Assembly: GCA_023653095.1 (NCBI GenBank)
Contig: JAMNXP010000004.1
Location: 64,772 to 128,771, forward strand
DNA: 64,000 bases
From: Bacteroidia bacterium
GTDB lineage: Bacteria; Bacteroidota; Bacteroidia; NS11-12g; UBA955
Reading direction: 5' to 3'
Shown one piece after another: positions 20,623 to 32,096 of the stretch. How positions within the stretch are numbered: position 1 is the first letter of the stretch; every line of letters starts with the position of its first letter. The notes under the pieces are model-generated. The model was not told where the DNA came from. It did no database searches and was given only the letters and a program-made list of their open reading frames with translations. The translations under genes and the position numbers were made by a program.

Positions 20623-20855
20623 ATCGGTGATCAGCCGTCAGCTCTCAGCTCTCACCTCTCAGCCGTCAGCCGTCAGCCGTCAGCTCTCAGCTCTCAGCTC
20701 TCAGCAACGCCAAAGGCGTAAAGCAACGCGAAGCGTTAGTCTCTAAGTCACAAAGTCTCCGGCGAAGCCGCTAGCCGTCATCCGTCAGCCAAAGACCAAT
20801 GACCAAAGACCAAGGACCAAAGACCAATGACCAAAGACCAAGGACCAAAGACCTA
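20623..20855. repeat. composite heptanucleotide tandem-repeat element, locus A
   Basis: 11 in-phase TCAGCNN units (20631-20707), then a core with three triloop hairpins (20707-20719, 20725-20737, 20760-20770), then 9 in-phase AARGACC units (20791-20853). Fills the whole gap between two convergent stop codons. Confidence 0.95.
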
Positions 20856-21641
20856 TCAAAACAAATAACTCACCGAAATTGAGCCTTGCAAAAGCTTGGC
20901 GTTTAGTTCTCGGCGAGCAATTGCGTAATCGTAAAAGTCTTGAGAATTGGTGGGCACATCTTCCGTTCCCATTTTAACATTTCCAGTTTGATATACCGTG
21001 AATCCAAAACCATAATGGGCGTTAATTCCAATTTCTTTGGTGATCATGCGTTTTACACCAAAATTTAAAGATGTAGCGATTGAAGTTAAACTGCCTGAGT
21101 ATTTGGGAAAATTCATGCCCGCTGTCCAAATAACGTCTTCGCTAGTGGGAGAACAGTTTGATGTACTTAACTCTAGCCCTACATAAGAACCAAATGGCGC
21201 CATCGCTCCTTTTCGTTCACTATAAAAACGTGCTTCTACGGCAACCTCGTTGACGTTGTAATTCAAGGTACCTGACTCCATGGAGATGCGTTGTATACCA
21301 CCGAATGGTTCAACATAATAAATGCCATCGTAATCATCGCTTTCCACCACGTCATTGCGATTACGGTAGCTGAAAAGCCATGAAAATCCTTGACCTTTGG
21401 CCAATTCGTAATCCACTCTAAATCCAGAATTTAATAGCTTCGTTGTTTCGTTGCCGTTTCCAACCATCGCGCGGAGCAATCCACCTGTATGTAAACTGTA
21501 ACCGACAGAAAATCCTTGGCGGGCGCCTAAAAATCCGGGGTTCGACTGCGAAAAAACATCCGCGGGAGCGAAAAACATCCCCGACAAAAAGCCCAATAAA
21601 AGGAAGCGTTTAACGGTTGCTTGGTAAATGTGAAATTTCAT
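20856..21641 (-). CDS. outer-membrane beta-barrel hypothetical protein
   Basis: Signal peptide ...FLLLGFLSGMFFAPADVFSQ and C-terminal aromatic residue (SYLF). Start uncertain (ATG 21641 or 21677); either overlaps the upstream gene's end. Confidence 0.6.
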   Translation of the reverse strand: MKFHIYQATVKRFLLLGFLSGMFFAPADVFSQSNPGFLGARQGFSVGYSLHTGGLLRAMVGNGNETTKLLNSGFRVDYELAKGQGFSWLFSYRNRNDVVESDDYDGIYYVEPFGGIQRISMESGTLNYNVNEVAVEARFYSERKGAMAPFGSYVGLELSTSNCSPTSEDVIWTAGMNFPKYSGSLTSIATSLNFGVKRMITKEIGINAHYGFGFTVYQTGNVKMGTEDVPTNSQDFYDYAIARRELNAKLLQGSISVSYLF

Positions 21642-23880
21642 AAAGTGTCTCATAAATTTGGGCCTTATTGTAATCATCCATCATGCGATAATTCTTGCGT
21701 TTCACGCGGTTCATGACTGCTCTTGAAGTACGCATATTATATACCACTGTGGTCTCTTCGGTGTAGTAATCAACTTTAAATTGGCTATACAGGTAAATAG
21801 GAGTATAAATGGGAAACATGATAGCGTACAAGAAATCATTGACTAAAAAGGGACGCTTCGTAGATTTATACTCATAACCTTCCCAACAAATGAGGGGTTC
21901 ATTTTGGGTTTCCGCGAACCCATCTACAAATTGCGAGTAGAATAAAATCATTTCTTGAGTGTCATTATTTAAACGCTCTGTAAGCCAATCGTTTAGTTGA
22001 CTATATTTAACCAATTGCTCTGTTTTGTAGCCCTCTCGGGCGATATTTTCAACGATTTCAGCTGATACTTGAGAATTTTTAATGACCCAATTCCAAGCTT
22101 TTAACAATTCAATTTTCTTGGTTTCTTCACCAAAATAATTGCGTTTATTTACTCCTCCAAAACTTGATGTATAGTAACTAAAGTTGGGCTGCAAAACAAA
22201 AATTTTCTGGGTTTCATTGAGGTTTTTTTGATACCTCTTCCGATTCACTTGATCTAACTCAGCCATTCTCTCGCGGAATCCTTTTCGCGGTGCTACTCCT
22301 TGAGTGCCCGAAGTGATTCTATTCACCTCCAGAAAATTGGCTATGTTTTTAAGTTTCAGTAAGTGATAAATAGACCCATAATGATAAGGTTTTACCCCAG
22401 GATTACTCGAAATTTGACCAGGTTTAACCAATCCACCATTTTTAGTGGGTTGGGCTTCACTTTTCACGGACGAATCAAGACTAAATTTCAGGTATTCATC
22501 AAGATTAATTACACCGATAGCTTGAGTGATATTCAATAGTTTCGCACCCAATTGATCTATAAAAAGATCAGAAGGATATCTATTTTTTTCTTCCAGCACG
22601 ACTTTCAATGCAAATGAATTCATTTCTTTTGCATCCAACTTGAGGAGCGCAGCGCTCAAAGGACGCCAGCCACCTCTATTGTCTAGAACCGAACAACCAT
22701 AGGCATTTAAATCTTTGAGCTTCCATCTATGTTCAGCTAAGGCATAGGCATTCATAGCTTTTACTCTAGAGATAAAGGGTGATGAACCATACAATAATTC
22801 AAAAACACGGGTCAAATACAGAGACCTACCATGGTCACCCCGGCGAACATACAGCAAGAGCAATTCGTACCTTGAAATTTTGCGGACCATTTCAAATTCC
22901 TCTTTAGAAAAGAGAAATTTCTTTTTTTCAGATAGATTTAGGCTTTTCACATCACCCTGCAATGCCATAATTCTTTTATCTAAGTTGGGATGAGAAGAAT
23001 AAGCATCATTCAATTCCTGTTCAATTCGCTTACGGTCCTTTTTTTCTGCTTCTTCCAATAGAGAAGTAACGCTTGACTTTAAATTTTCAGGAAAACGATA
23101 ATAACGAGTTTCAAAAGAATCAATACTCCATTGAGCCTCGAGAAATGGGTGATCTTGGTACTTTAAATTTTCAAATACATTAATGCCCTCAGAAAAGTCA
23201 TATTCCGTTTCACGCAACATTTCAAAACCCATTTTGTCAGCCTCTTCCTCTTGTCCTACATTGAATTTATAGAACGCTTTGATTCTCTCATCTAAATCTG
23301 AACCTCGGGAATAACCGCTAACATATTTGGCTTCTTTGTAGGCAATTAAAGAGTGTTTAAGAATGTAATGCTGCAATTCATGAGCAAGAATGACGGCCAA
23401 CTGAGCTTCGTTATCCAATCTAGCTAAAAGTCCCAAACTAACAAAAACCAATCCATGATGGGTTACATAAGCATTGGGAACATGAGAACGGAGCACAAAA
23501 AACTGCACTTGACTTTGCAATTCGGGTTTTGACGCCAAAACTTTAAGACCTACTTTCTCTAGGAAATTTGTCATGGGATCTCCGTACAAAATTTGACCAG
23601 AAGTCAAGATTTGATCTTCCAAAAAATTAGATTGTATGGCAAATTCCAATTCGCGTTTGCGGTCTCTACCTGAAGATTTTGAAGATCTAATTCTTCGAAC
23701 TTCCTCTTGAGCCTTAGCGCTAGATAATTTTTTGAGATTGTAAGGAACTTCCCCTGAACAATATAAGGGCTGGTAATTATTAAAATCAATAGGCCCCGTC
23801 ACCACTGCTTGCGCTGAAACGAAACTATTAGAGCCTGCCAATAATACAAATGAAGCAATAACCTTGCTGAAAGAATTCAT
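21610..23880 (-). CDS. M48 family metallopeptidase, large secreted form
   Basis: Signal peptide and zinc motif AHELQHYILKH (HExxH). 756 aa. Confidence 0.75.
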   Translation of the reverse strand: MNSFSKVIASFVLLAGSNSFVSAQAVVTGPIDFNNYQPLYCSGEVPYNLKKLSSAKAQEEVRRIRSSKSSGRDRKRELEFAIQSNFLEDQILTSGQILYGDPMTNFLEKVGLKVLASKPELQSQVQFFVLRSHVPNAYVTHHGLVFVSLGLLARLDNEAQLAVILAHELQHYILKHSLIAYKEAKYVSGYSRGSDLDERIKAFYKFNVGQEEEADKMGFEMLRETEYDFSEGINVFENLKYQDHPFLEAQWSIDSFETRYYRFPENLKSSVTSLLEEAEKKDRKRIEQELNDAYSSHPNLDKRIMALQGDVKSLNLSEKKKFLFSKEEFEMVRKISRYELLLLYVRRGDHGRSLYLTRVFELLYGSSPFISRVKAMNAYALAEHRWKLKDLNAYGCSVLDNRGGWRPLSAALLKLDAKEMNSFALKVVLEEKNRYPSDLFIDQLGAKLLNITQAIGVINLDEYLKFSLDSSVKSEAQPTKNGGLVKPGQISSNPGVKPYHYGSIYHLLKLKNIANFLEVNRITSGTQGVAPRKGFRERMAELDQVNRKRYQKNLNETQKIFVLQPNFSYYTSSFGGVNKRNYFGEETKKIELLKAWNWVIKNSQVSAEIVENIAREGYKTEQLVKYSQLNDWLTERLNNDTQEMILFYSQFVDGFAETQNEPLICWEGYEYKSTKRPFLVNDFLYAIMFPIYTPIYLYSQFKVDYYTEETTVVYNMRTSRAVMNRVKRKNYRMMDDYNKAQIYETLYEISHLPSNR

Positions 23881-23902
23881 CGCAACAAAAATGCGATAAA
23901 AT

Positions 23903-25018
23903 TTAGAAAAAGTCTCTCATTCTATCAAAGAATGACTTTTCCTTTTGATCAGGTCTGAAATTCTTACTTTCTTGAAGTTGATTTAACAACTCTTTTTCTT
24001 CAGAAGACAACTTTGTTGGAACATAAATATTTACGATGACCAATTGGTCTCCGGTTCCATAACCATTGATTTCTGGAAATCCTTTGCCCTTTAATCGAAG
24101 AACTTTTCCAGGCTGAGTACCCGCATCTATTTTGATTTTCGCTTTGCCATCTAAGGTTGGAACTTCAACATTCGAACCCATTGCAGCTTCGGGAAAGCTC
24201 AACCATAAATTATAATGTACATTATTACCTTCTCTAGACAATTCTTCGTGAGCAACCTCTTCAATCAGTACAATCAAATCTCCTGGTGACCCGCCGCCTG
24301 GCCCGTCATTTCCTTTACCATTGACGTTGAGCTGCATACCTTCTGCTACTCCACCCGGTATTTTGATGCTGGTTTCAAATTCTTTAGCGATAAGTCCGTG
24401 TTCATTTGCATCAGCAGGTTTACTTTCAATCACCTTACCCATACCTTGACACACGGGACAAGCACTTTGGGTAGCCATTTGTCCTAAAAAAGTATTGGTA
24501 ACTTGTTTAACTACACCGCTACCGTTACAATGTCTACATGTGCCAAATTTAACCCCTTCAGCCGCAACCATCCTGCGGTATTTCACCTTTTTCTCAACCC
24601 CATTCTTCATTTCAGAAAGGGTGAGTTTCATTTTAATTCTGATGTTAGAACCAATCGTTCTTCTAGATCCACCTCTACCGCGACCACCGCCGCCAAAGAA
24701 CGACCCGAAGATACTGTCATCGCCAAAAACATCTCCAAACTGACTAAAGATGTCATCCATGCTAAATCCGCCTCCGCCATATCCACCAGCGCCACCCATT
24801 CCAGCATGTCCAAACTGATCGTATCGACTCTTCTTATCAGGATTGCTCAACACGTCGTAGGCTTCAGCTGCTTCCTTGAATTTTTCTTCTGCCTCTTTGT
24901 CTCCTGGATTTTTATCCGGGTGAAATTTGATGGCTAGTTTTCTATATGCTTTCTTTAGCTCATCGGCAGAGGCCGATTTGGGAACGCCCAGTATATCGTA
25001 ATAATCTCTTTTACTCAT
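23903..25018 (-). CDS. dnaJ: molecular chaperone DnaJ
   Basis: J-domain with HPDKNP, G/F-rich linker, four CxxCxGxG zinc motifs. Confidence 0.95.
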   Translation of the reverse strand: MSKRDYYDILGVPKSASADELKKAYRKLAIKFHPDKNPGDKEAEEKFKEAAEAYDVLSNPDKKSRYDQFGHAGMGGAGGYGGGGFSMDDIFSQFGDVFGDDSIFGSFFGGGGRGRGGSRRTIGSNIRIKMKLTLSEMKNGVEKKVKYRRMVAAEGVKFGTCRHCNGSGVVKQVTNTFLGQMATQSACPVCQGMGKVIESKPADANEHGLIAKEFETSIKIPGGVAEGMQLNVNGKGNDGPGGGSPGDLIVLIEEVAHEELSREGNNVHYNLWLSFPEAAMGSNVEVPTLDGKAKIKIDAGTQPGKVLRLKGKGFPEINGYGTGDQLVIVNIYVPTKLSSEEKELLNQLQESKNFRPDQKEKSFFDRMRDFF

Positions 25019-25024
25019 AAATGT

Positions 25025-25642
25025 TTAGTTACCAACTACTACTTTGGCAAATCTCAGTACTTTATCGTTTAAAAAATAGCCTTTTTCTACTTCATCAATT
25101 ACTTTTCCAACCAATTCAGGTGAAGGAGCTGCAAATTGGGTAACGGCTTCGTGCAAATCGGGATTAAAATCTTCGCCTTTTGCGTTCATGGGCTTCAACC
25201 CTTTACGCTCTAAAATTCCGTAGAGTTTTTTGAAGATCAATTCCATTCCTTCTGAGGCCGTTGAATCTCCAGCATTTTTCAGAGCACTTAATGCCCTTTC
25301 CATGTCATCCACAACCGGCAAAACAGCTTCTATCATGTCTTTGCTGGCATTTTGCATCCATTCCAAACGTTCTTTGGTAGTTCTCCTACGGAAATTCTCA
25401 AATTCACTGTATAACCTTAGGTACTTTTCTTTTTCTGATTGTGTACTTTCAGCATCATTACTCTCAACTAGTGCAGCATCTTCGGTCTGATTTGATTCTA
25501 ATTCAGATTCATTGCCTTTTACTTGCTCTTGATTAACTGTATTTTCAGCCATATTTTCAGGTTGTTGAAATTGCTCTTTTTCTTTTTCGGTGGATTTTTT
25601 GCTTGCCATAACGATGTTCTTATACATCAAATTGCTTGCCAT
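25025..25642 (-). CDS. grpE: nucleotide exchange factor GrpE
   Basis: YLRLYSEFENFRRRT and C-terminal GY.LNDKVLR.A.V pattern. Immediately upstream of dnaJ. Exact start ambiguous (three in-frame ATGs). Confidence 0.9.
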   Translation of the reverse strand: MASNLMYKNIVMASKKSTEKEKEQFQQPENMAENTVNQEQVKGNESELESNQTEDAALVESNDAESTQSEKEKYLRLYSEFENFRRRTTKERLEWMQNASKDMIEAVLPVVDDMERALSALKNAGDSTASEGMELIFKKLYGILERKGLKPMNAKGEDFNPDLHEAVTQFAAPSPELVGKVIDEVEKGYFLNDKVLRFAKVVVGN

Positions 25643-25719
25643 TACACATTATTGTCAATTTGTCAGTTAATAGACTAAAAAATTTTTTGATTGTCCGAAT
25701 TTAATCCTACTTTTATGAC

Positions 25720-26316
25720 ATGTTCACGGGTATTATAGAAGACATGTCTGAAATCCTTGATGTAGAAGAGGAGCAGACCAATTTACATATCACATTTAGA
25801 TCTGATTTCACTTCTGAATTAAAAGTGGATCAAAGCGTATCTCACAACGGTATTTGCCTCACAGTGACGAACATCAATTTTGAAAATTCAACCTATAAAG
25901 TTACAGCCATCGCTGAAACACGGAGTGTAACAAGCATAAATAATTGGCGTAAGGGAAACTTCATCAATACTGAACGTTGCATGCCGGCCCACGGCAGATT
26001 TGACGGTCACATTGTTCAAGGACATGTTGATTGTGTGGGTATATTGGATGAAATTCATGACGTAGATGGTTCGTATATGCTCTTTTTCTCTCATCCGCCC
26101 GAAGCGGGGATTACGGTTACAAAAGGCAGTATTTGCATCAATGGAATTAGCTTAACTGTGGTAGACAGTTTTCCCGATGCCTTTAGCGTGGCCATCATTC
26201 CCTACACTTGGGAACACACCAATCTAAAATTCCTCAAGGCAGGAGACCCTGTCAACTTAGAATTTGACGTCATTGGGAAGTACCTTCAGCGCCTCGATAA
26301 ATTACGCAATGATTAA
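25720..26316 (+). CDS. ribE: riboflavin synthase alpha subunit
   Basis: MFTGIIE start and duplicated lumazine-binding halves (SVSHNGICLTV / SICINGISLTV). Confidence 0.9.
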   Translation: MFTGIIEDMSEILDVEEEQTNLHITFRSDFTSELKVDQSVSHNGICLTVTNINFENSTYKVTAIAETRSVTSINNWRKGNFINTERCMPAHGRFDGHIVQGHVDCVGILDEIHDVDGSYMLFFSHPPEAGITVTKGSICINGISLTVVDSFPDAFSVAIIPYTWEHTNLKFLKAGDPVNLEFDVIGKYLQRLDKLRND

Positions 26317-26422
26317 CTTTTGTTCAATAGATAGATTCTAAATAGTACTCAAAAACAAAGCGCATGTGCAGTGAGTACCTATATTTTGTAAATTTGCCAA
26401 ATACAAATATTTAATATCATTT

Positions 26423-27121
26423 ATGGGAGTATTGTCATTCTTGTTTTCATCCAGCCTTGGTAGAAAACTCGTTATGGCCGTGACAGGGATTGCTTTAATC
26501 GCATTTTTATTAGTTCACTGCCTAATTAATGCCATGGTTTTGCTAAACGACGGAGGTCAAACCTTCAACGAAGCTGCACGATTCATGGCCGAGAATCCGT
26601 TCATCAGAATTTCAGAAATTCTGTTGTTTGTTGGTTTTCTACTTCACATCGCTCAAGGTCTTTACCTTACATTTGATAACCGCAAACGCCGTGCGGCCAA
26701 ATACACCGGTAACCCAGGAAATGCTAACTCAAAATGGTACTCTCGCTCTATGGGCTTTTTGGGAACCATCATTTTGATTTTCTTGGTACTTCACCTTAAG
26801 CACTTTTGGGTAGTAAGCCGCTTCCATGCTCCACATGCTTTAGGTGAAATAACCTACGCAAACGGTGACACCATGGAAAACTTATTCTTGGAAATGGCTA
26901 GTGTATTCACCAATCCCATTGCTGTAGTTATATATGTTTTGGGTTGTTTTTCTTTGGCTTATCACCTTTTGCATGGATTTTCTAGCGCCTTTCAAACTTT
27001 TGGCGTGAACCATAAATCTTACACCCCCATTATTGCATCGGTTGGTGCGGCTTTCTCAATCATCGTTCCTCTAATTTTTGCCATTATTCCTGTAGTAATG
27101 CACTTTGGTATCATTAAATAA
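26423..27121 (+). CDS. sdhC: succinate dehydrogenase/fumarate reductase cytochrome b subunit (b558 type)
   Basis: 232 aa with five TM helices and conserved His residues. Directly precedes the flavoprotein and Fe-S subunits. Confidence 0.85.
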   Translation: MGVLSFLFSSSLGRKLVMAVTGIALIAFLLVHCLINAMVLLNDGGQTFNEAARFMAENPFIRISEILLFVGFLLHIAQGLYLTFDNRKRRAAKYTGNPGNANSKWYSRSMGFLGTIILIFLVLHLKHFWVVSRFHAPHALGEITYANGDTMENLFLEMASVFTNPIAVVIYVLGCFSLAYHLLHGFSSAFQTFGVNHKSYTPIIASVGAAFSIIVPLIFAIIPVVMHFGIIK

Positions 27122-27135
27122 TTAATCGAAATCGT

Positions 27136-29115
27136 ATGAAATTAGAATCAAAAATCCCTCAAGGTTCAGTAGATACTAAATGGACCCAATATAAAAGCAG
27201 TGTTTCATTGGTGAATCCTGCGAACAAAAGAAGTTTGCACGTTATTGTTGTAGGAACTGGACTAGCTGGTGCTAGCGCAGCAGCAACTTTGGCTGAAATG
27301 GGCTACAAAGTTTCTGCATTTTGTTTTCAAGATTCTCCCCGAAGAGCTCACTCTATTGCCGCTCAAGGGGGTATCAATGCTGCCAAAAACTACCAAAACG
27401 ACGGTGACAGTGTATACCGTTTATTCTATGATACGATTAAGGGTGGTGATTACCGAGCTCGTGAAGCAAATGTGCACCGCCTAGCAGAAGTATCAACCAA
27501 TATCATTGACCAATGCGTAGCGCAAGGTGTTCCTTTTGCCCGTGAATACGGCGGAACATTAAGCAACCGCTCTTTTGGTGGAACACAAGTACAACGTACA
27601 TTTTATGCCGCCGGACAAACGGGCCAACAGCTCCTATTAGGTGCGTATTCAGCTCTTGAACGTCAAGTGGGTCTAGGAAACGTGACTATGTACAGCCGAC
27701 ATGAAATGGTTGAAGTTGTAAAGATTGACGGAAAAGCACGCGGAATCATTGCTCGTGACTTGGTTTCTGGAAAATTGGAGCGTCACTTCGGACACGCGGT
27801 ATTGCTTTGTACAGGTGGCTACGGCAACGTGTTCTATTTGTCAACCAACGCCATGGGTTCTAACGTTACCGCTGCTTGGAAAGCACACAGAGCCGGGGCA
27901 TTTTTCGGCAACCCTTGCTTTACTCAAATTCACCCTACTTGTATTCCCGTTTCTGGACATTACCAATCAAAATTAACTTTGATGAGCGAGTCTTTGAGAA
28001 ACGACGGACGTATCTGGGTCCCCAAGAAAAAAGACGAAACCCGTCAACCTAACGATATTCCCGAAGATGAGCGCGATTACTACTTGGAACGCAGATACCC
28101 TGCCTTCGGTAATTTAGTTCCTCGTGATATTGCAAGCCGCGCTGCAAAAGAGCGTTGCGACGCGGGTTACGGCGTTGGAACAACAAAAATGGCGGTTTAT
28201 TTGGACTTCAAGTACAACATGATCAATAAATACGGTCGTACAGAAGCAAGCAAACGCGGCATTCAAAACCCCAGTGAAGACGTTTTGTTAGAATTGGGTA
28301 AAGAAATTGCTAAGGAGAAATACGGCAACTTGTTTGATATGTACAAACAAATCACTGCCGAAGATCCATACGAAGTTCCAATGAAAATCTACCCAGCGGT
28401 TCACTATACTATGGGTGGACTTTGGGTTGATTATGAATTACAAACTACGGTTCCTGGCTTGTATGCTTTGGGTGAAGCGAATTTCTCAGATCACGGAGCA
28501 AACCGTTTGGGGGCATCTGCTTTGATGCAAGGTCTTGCTGATGGATATTTCATCATTCCATACACTTTGGGAAGCTATTTGAGCAAGGAAATCCACACCA
28601 AGCCAATTTCTACTGATCACGAAGCCTTTGTTGAAGCTGAGAAAAAGGTTTCAGACCGCATCAATCAGTTGATGGGAATTCAAGGTAAGCGTACCGTTGA
28701 AAGTTATCACCGCGAATTGGGTCTAATCATGTGGGACAAATGCGGAATGGCAAGAAACGAAAAAGGCTTAAAAGAGGCCATTGATCAAATTCGCGCCCTT
28801 CGTGATGATTTCTACAAAAACGTTAGAATACCAGGTAGCGTAGATGAGTTCAATCCTGAACTTGACAAAGCCGGTCGAGTGGCTGACTTCTTAGAACTAG
28901 GTGAATTGATGTGCTGGGATGCATTGAACAGAAACGAAAGTTGTGGTGGACACTTCCGTGAAGAGTATCAGACCGAAGAAGGCGAAGCATTGCGCGACGA
29001 CGAGAATTTCAAAAACGTATTTGCTTGGGAATACAAAGAGAACAATCAATGGGAACTTCACAAAGAAGAACTCAACTACGAAAACATTAAAATTCAACAA
29101 AGAAGTTACAAATAA
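27136..29115 (+). CDS. sdhA: succinate dehydrogenase/fumarate reductase flavoprotein subunit
   Basis: FAD fold [12 protein letters not shown], covalent-FAD His region [17 protein letters not shown] and HYTMGG motifs. Confidence 0.95.
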   Translation: MKLESKIPQGSVDTKWTQYKSSVSLVNPANKRSLHVIVVGTGLAGASAAATLAEMGYKVSAFCFQDSPRRAHSIAAQGGINAAKNYQNDGDSVYRLFYDTIKGGDYRAREANVHRLAEVSTNIIDQCVAQGVPFAREYGGTLSNRSFGGTQVQRTFYAAGQTGQQLLLGAYSALERQVGLGNVTMYSRHEMVEVVKIDGKARGIIARDLVSGKLERHFGHAVLLCTGGYGNVFYLSTNAMGSNVTAAWKAHRAGAFFGNPCFTQIHPTCIPVSGHYQSKLTLMSESLRNDGRIWVPKKKDETRQPNDIPEDERDYYLERRYPAFGNLVPRDIASRAAKERCDAGYGVGTTKMAVYLDFKYNMINKYGRTEASKRGIQNPSEDVLLELGKEIAKEKYGNLFDMYKQITAEDPYEVPMKIYPAVHYTMGGLWVDYELQTTVPGLYALGEANFSDHGANRLGASALMQGLADGYFIIPYTLGSYLSKEIHTKPISTDHEAFVEAEKKVSDRINQLMGIQGKRTVESYHRELGLIMWDKCGMARNEKGLKEAIDQIRALRDDFYKNVRIPGSVDEFNPELDKAGRVADFLELGELMCWDALNRNESCGGHFREEYQTEEGEALRDDENFKNVFAWEYKENNQWELHKEELNYENIKIQQRSYK

Positions 29116-29117
29116 TC

Positions 29118-29870
29118 ATGGCAACAATGAATATTAATCTGAAGGTTTGGCGTCAAAGAAATCAAAACTCTGAAGGTCGTTTCGAAGAATACAAAGTTCA
29201 AGCGAGCCCCGATATGAGTTTCTTGGAAATGTTTGACGTTTTAAATGAACAACTCATTGAAGACGGTAAAGACCCAGTAGCTTTTGACCATGATTGCCGT
29301 GAAGGTATTTGTGGTATGTGCAGCATGGTGATCAACGGTCGTCCACACGGTCCTAAACAAGGTGTTACTACTTGCCAACTTCACATGAGAAGCTTCAGCG
29401 AGGGAGATACTATTGTGGTTGAACCTTGGAGAGCCAATGCGTTTCCTGTAATCAAAGATTTGAGTGTTAACCGCGGTGCATTTGACCGTATCATTGCCTC
29501 GGGCGGATATGTTTCTGTAAATACGGGTAACGCAGTTGATGCTAATAGTATCTTGATTCCTAAAGAAGTGGCTGATGAAGCTTTTGAAGCGGCAACTTGT
29601 ATTGGATGTGGAGCTTGTGTGAGCGCGTGTAAAAACGCTTCTGCAATGCTATTTGTGGGCGCCAAGGTAACTCAGTTATCGATGTTGCCACAAGGACAAC
29701 CTGAGCGTCAAGCTCGTGTTGTTGCCATGGTAAACCAAATGGATGCTGAAGGATTTGGAGCATGTACCAACACAGGTGCTTGTGCAGCAGAATGCCCCAA
29801 GCAAATTCCTCTATCGGTTATCGCGAACCTAAATCGCGAATATTACAAAGCAAAACTCAACGGAAAATAA
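29118..29870 (+). CDS. sdhB: succinate dehydrogenase/fumarate reductase iron-sulfur subunit
   Basis: 2Fe-2[10 protein letters not shown], then [11 protein letters not shown] and [12 protein letters not shown] clusters. Confidence 0.95.
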   Translation: MATMNINLKVWRQRNQNSEGRFEEYKVQASPDMSFLEMFDVLNEQLIEDGKDPVAFDHDCREGICGMCSMVINGRPHGPKQGVTTCQLHMRSFSEGDTIVVEPWRANAFPVIKDLSVNRGAFDRIIASGGYVSVNTGNAVDANSILIPKEVADEAFEAATCIGCGACVSACKNASAMLFVGAKVTQLSMLPQGQPERQARVVAMVNQMDAEGFGACTNTGACAAECPKQIPLSVIANLNREYYKAKLNGK

Positions 29871-30717
29871 ATCCGAGCTCAACGCTGGCGTTCACTCCCG
29901 AAGCGGTTTGAACGCCGGTGTGGTTGGGCAACAAAGCTGTTTGAAATCGGGGTTGCAGTAAAACAGTCATTCCTTCGGCCATGATATATTCGGCCCTTAA
30001 ACCCACCCCTACAAACGCATTTATACGGGGATTCACCACTCTATTCACAACGGGTCTATCATCTGGTCCTGGCGTTATGTAATAATCATACACTTTCACG
30101 TTTTTGCCTTCTGCGAGAGCAAAACCCGCAGATTTCAATACCAAAGCATCTGAGATCAATAACGATGGGCTAAATGACCCTAAAAAGTACAATTTAACGT
30201 TTTCTAACTGAAGCTTTAAACCATCTAAACGTTGCATATATTGAAAATCGAAAGTTAAATACCTCTGCTGAAAATTATAGGTCAATTCTTGAGCAGGACC
30301 TTGAACCAGATGTCGGTAAATTTCTAAATCAGGATGCGGCTGATAGGCGAACATTCCTCCTGTTTTTACACGGTCAAATCCCCATTCACTATAAGACACA
30401 CCTACACCAAATAACTTTTTGTCTGACTGTGAGAAATTAACTGAAACTCCATAACTCATGAGATTGGTCCATTGATCATGAGTTCGAAAAGAGTCAGAAA
30501 GGCCCTCAGATGTATAGGTTGTGCGAATGGCCGGAGTGGTAGACCATAGCAATCTTGAGCCCTGACCTAAACCCACTTTTATGTCGTAACTCTTTTTCCA
30601 AACTCCTTTAGATTGTGCATTCACAACAGAAATTGCGGTAACCAACAGAATGAAACAAAACCCTTTGCTTACAACTCCGCCCCAACTGATTCTGGTGAAA
30701 ATTTGATTCTTTTCCAT
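29857..30717 (-). CDS. outer-membrane beta-barrel hypothetical protein
   Basis: Signal peptide ...AISVVNAQ, beta-strand patterning, C-terminal GFIFR. 14-nt convergent overlap with sdhB. Confidence 0.55.
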   Translation of the reverse strand: MEKNQIFTRISWGGVVSKGFCFILLVTAISVVNAQSKGVWKKSYDIKVGLGQGSRLLWSTTPAIRTTYTSEGLSDSFRTHDQWTNLMSYGVSVNFSQSDKKLFGVGVSYSEWGFDRVKTGGMFAYQPHPDLEIYRHLVQGPAQELTYNFQQRYLTFDFQYMQRLDGLKLQLENVKLYFLGSFSPSLLISDALVLKSAGFALAEGKNVKVYDYYITPGPDDRPVVNRVVNPRINAFVGVGLRAEYIMAEGMTVLLQPRFQTALLPNHTGVQTASGVNASVELGFIFR

Positions 30718-32051
30718 TGATAATAAAATCTATATACTCCTAAAATTGCTGCCAAAAATAAGCCCGCAGAGAATCCCATCCAAACTCCATAAACACCCTT
30801 CTGTAATATTTCACCAAATAAATACGAAAGAGGCAATGAAACTACCCAATAAGCTATGATTGAAATGATAGACGCCCAAACCACATCCTTGATTCCTCGT
30901 AAAACAGACATAGCTGCTGCTTGCAGTCCATCGCTGATTTGAAAAAAGGCAGCCAAAAAGAACAAAGGCAAAATGTATGGCATTACATCATTTTCAACAC
31001 CATAAAGGCCCGCAATCTGTTTGCTGAAAACGATAAAAACCAAGGCATTGAAAATTTCAAATACTACAACCATAAAAAAGGTCATGTTTGCAATTCTTCT
31101 GATGCTACTCAGAGATTGTTCCCCATAGGCATTACCCACTCTAATACTCCCCGCCATTGAAAGTCCCGAAGCCACCATATACGTCAAAGAAGCCGCGTTC
31201 AAAGCCACTGCATGTGCCGCCAACTGAACAGAGCCATACCAACCAATCATGATGCCCGAAATAGCAAAGCAAGCCCATTCGGCGAAAGTTTGAAGCGCAA
31301 TAGGAGTACCAATTTTCCAGATCTCGAAGGTTTCCCTCCAAATGGCCTTGAAATCAGGCATCTTAACCGGTAAATATTGCTTCATCAAAGACGAATACCT
31401 CACATACCAAAGGGCCGCAACTGCCATTAATATACGGGTGATCAAAGTGGCCCATGCAGCACCATTGGCCCCTAAAGCAGGAAATCCCCACCAACCATAA
31501 ATCATGATGGCATTCAACAACACATTCAAACCTAATCCGCCCAAGTTTAATACCATCGAAATCTTGGTGTGCCCCAAACCATCGGTAAACTGCCTGCAGT
31601 TTGTAAATATGAGCATCGGCAACACCGACCATGCGATGATTTTCAGAAATTCAGGAGCAATAGCTTCAATTTCTGGCGACTGTTTGAGCCAATGAAAATT
31701 CTCAATCAACACCCATAGAATTAAATATTGAAACACAAACAACAAAACTGAAACTAGAAGTCCTGCTCTGTAGGTAATAAAACCCAAATCGGGACGCTTC
31801 TCACCCACTTTAATACTTACTAAAGTACTCACCGCAAACAACACACCGAAGGTGAGTCCACTAAATAAAAAGAAAATATTGTTGGCCTGATTGACCCCCG
31901 CAAGCGCTACCTTACCCAATTTACCTACCATTACGGTATCGGCAACTCCCATTAAAACAATACCTAAATGACCCAAAACAATGGGATAAGCCAACTTTGC
32001 AATTAACTTAACTTCCGCCTTAGAGATGCGACTCAATAACTTACCTAACAT
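30669..32051 (-). CDS. MATE family efflux transporter
   Basis: 12-TM protein with N-terminal KLAYPIVLGHLG...VDTVMVGKLG pattern. Start taken at ATG 32051; the longer ORF would collide with the divergent rluA-like gene. Confidence 0.85.
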   Translation of the reverse strand: MLGKLLSRISKAEVKLIAKLAYPIVLGHLGIVLMGVADTVMVGKLGKVALAGVNQANNIFFLFSGLTFGVLFAVSTLVSIKVGEKRPDLGFITYRAGLLVSVLLFVFQYLILWVLIENFHWLKQSPEIEAIAPEFLKIIAWSVLPMLIFTNCRQFTDGLGHTKISMVLNLGGLGLNVLLNAIMIYGWWGFPALGANGAAWATLITRILMAVAALWYVRYSSLMKQYLPVKMPDFKAIWRETFEIWKIGTPIALQTFAEWACFAISGIMIGWYGSVQLAAHAVALNAASLTYMVASGLSMAGSIRVGNAYGEQSLSSIRRIANMTFFMVVVFEIFNALVFIVFSKQIAGLYGVENDVMPYILPLFFLAAFFQISDGLQAAAMSVLRGIKDVVWASIISIIAYWVVSLPLSYLFGEILQKGVYGVWMGFSAGLFLAAILGVYRFYYQWKRIKFSPESVGAEL

Positions 32052-32096
32052 GAAAATGGGAGCAAAAATAGGCGAAGTTCGTCGTACCTTTGCATT

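Noticed and set aside
20623-20855. Possibility that the repeat loci are CRISPR arrays
   Set aside because: The repeat unit is only 7 nt, the units are contiguous with no spacers, and no cas genes or leader are present.
25643-25719. Possible FMN riboswitch upstream of ribE
   Set aside because: The intergenic region is only 77 nt and lacks the conserved FMN-element core sequences.
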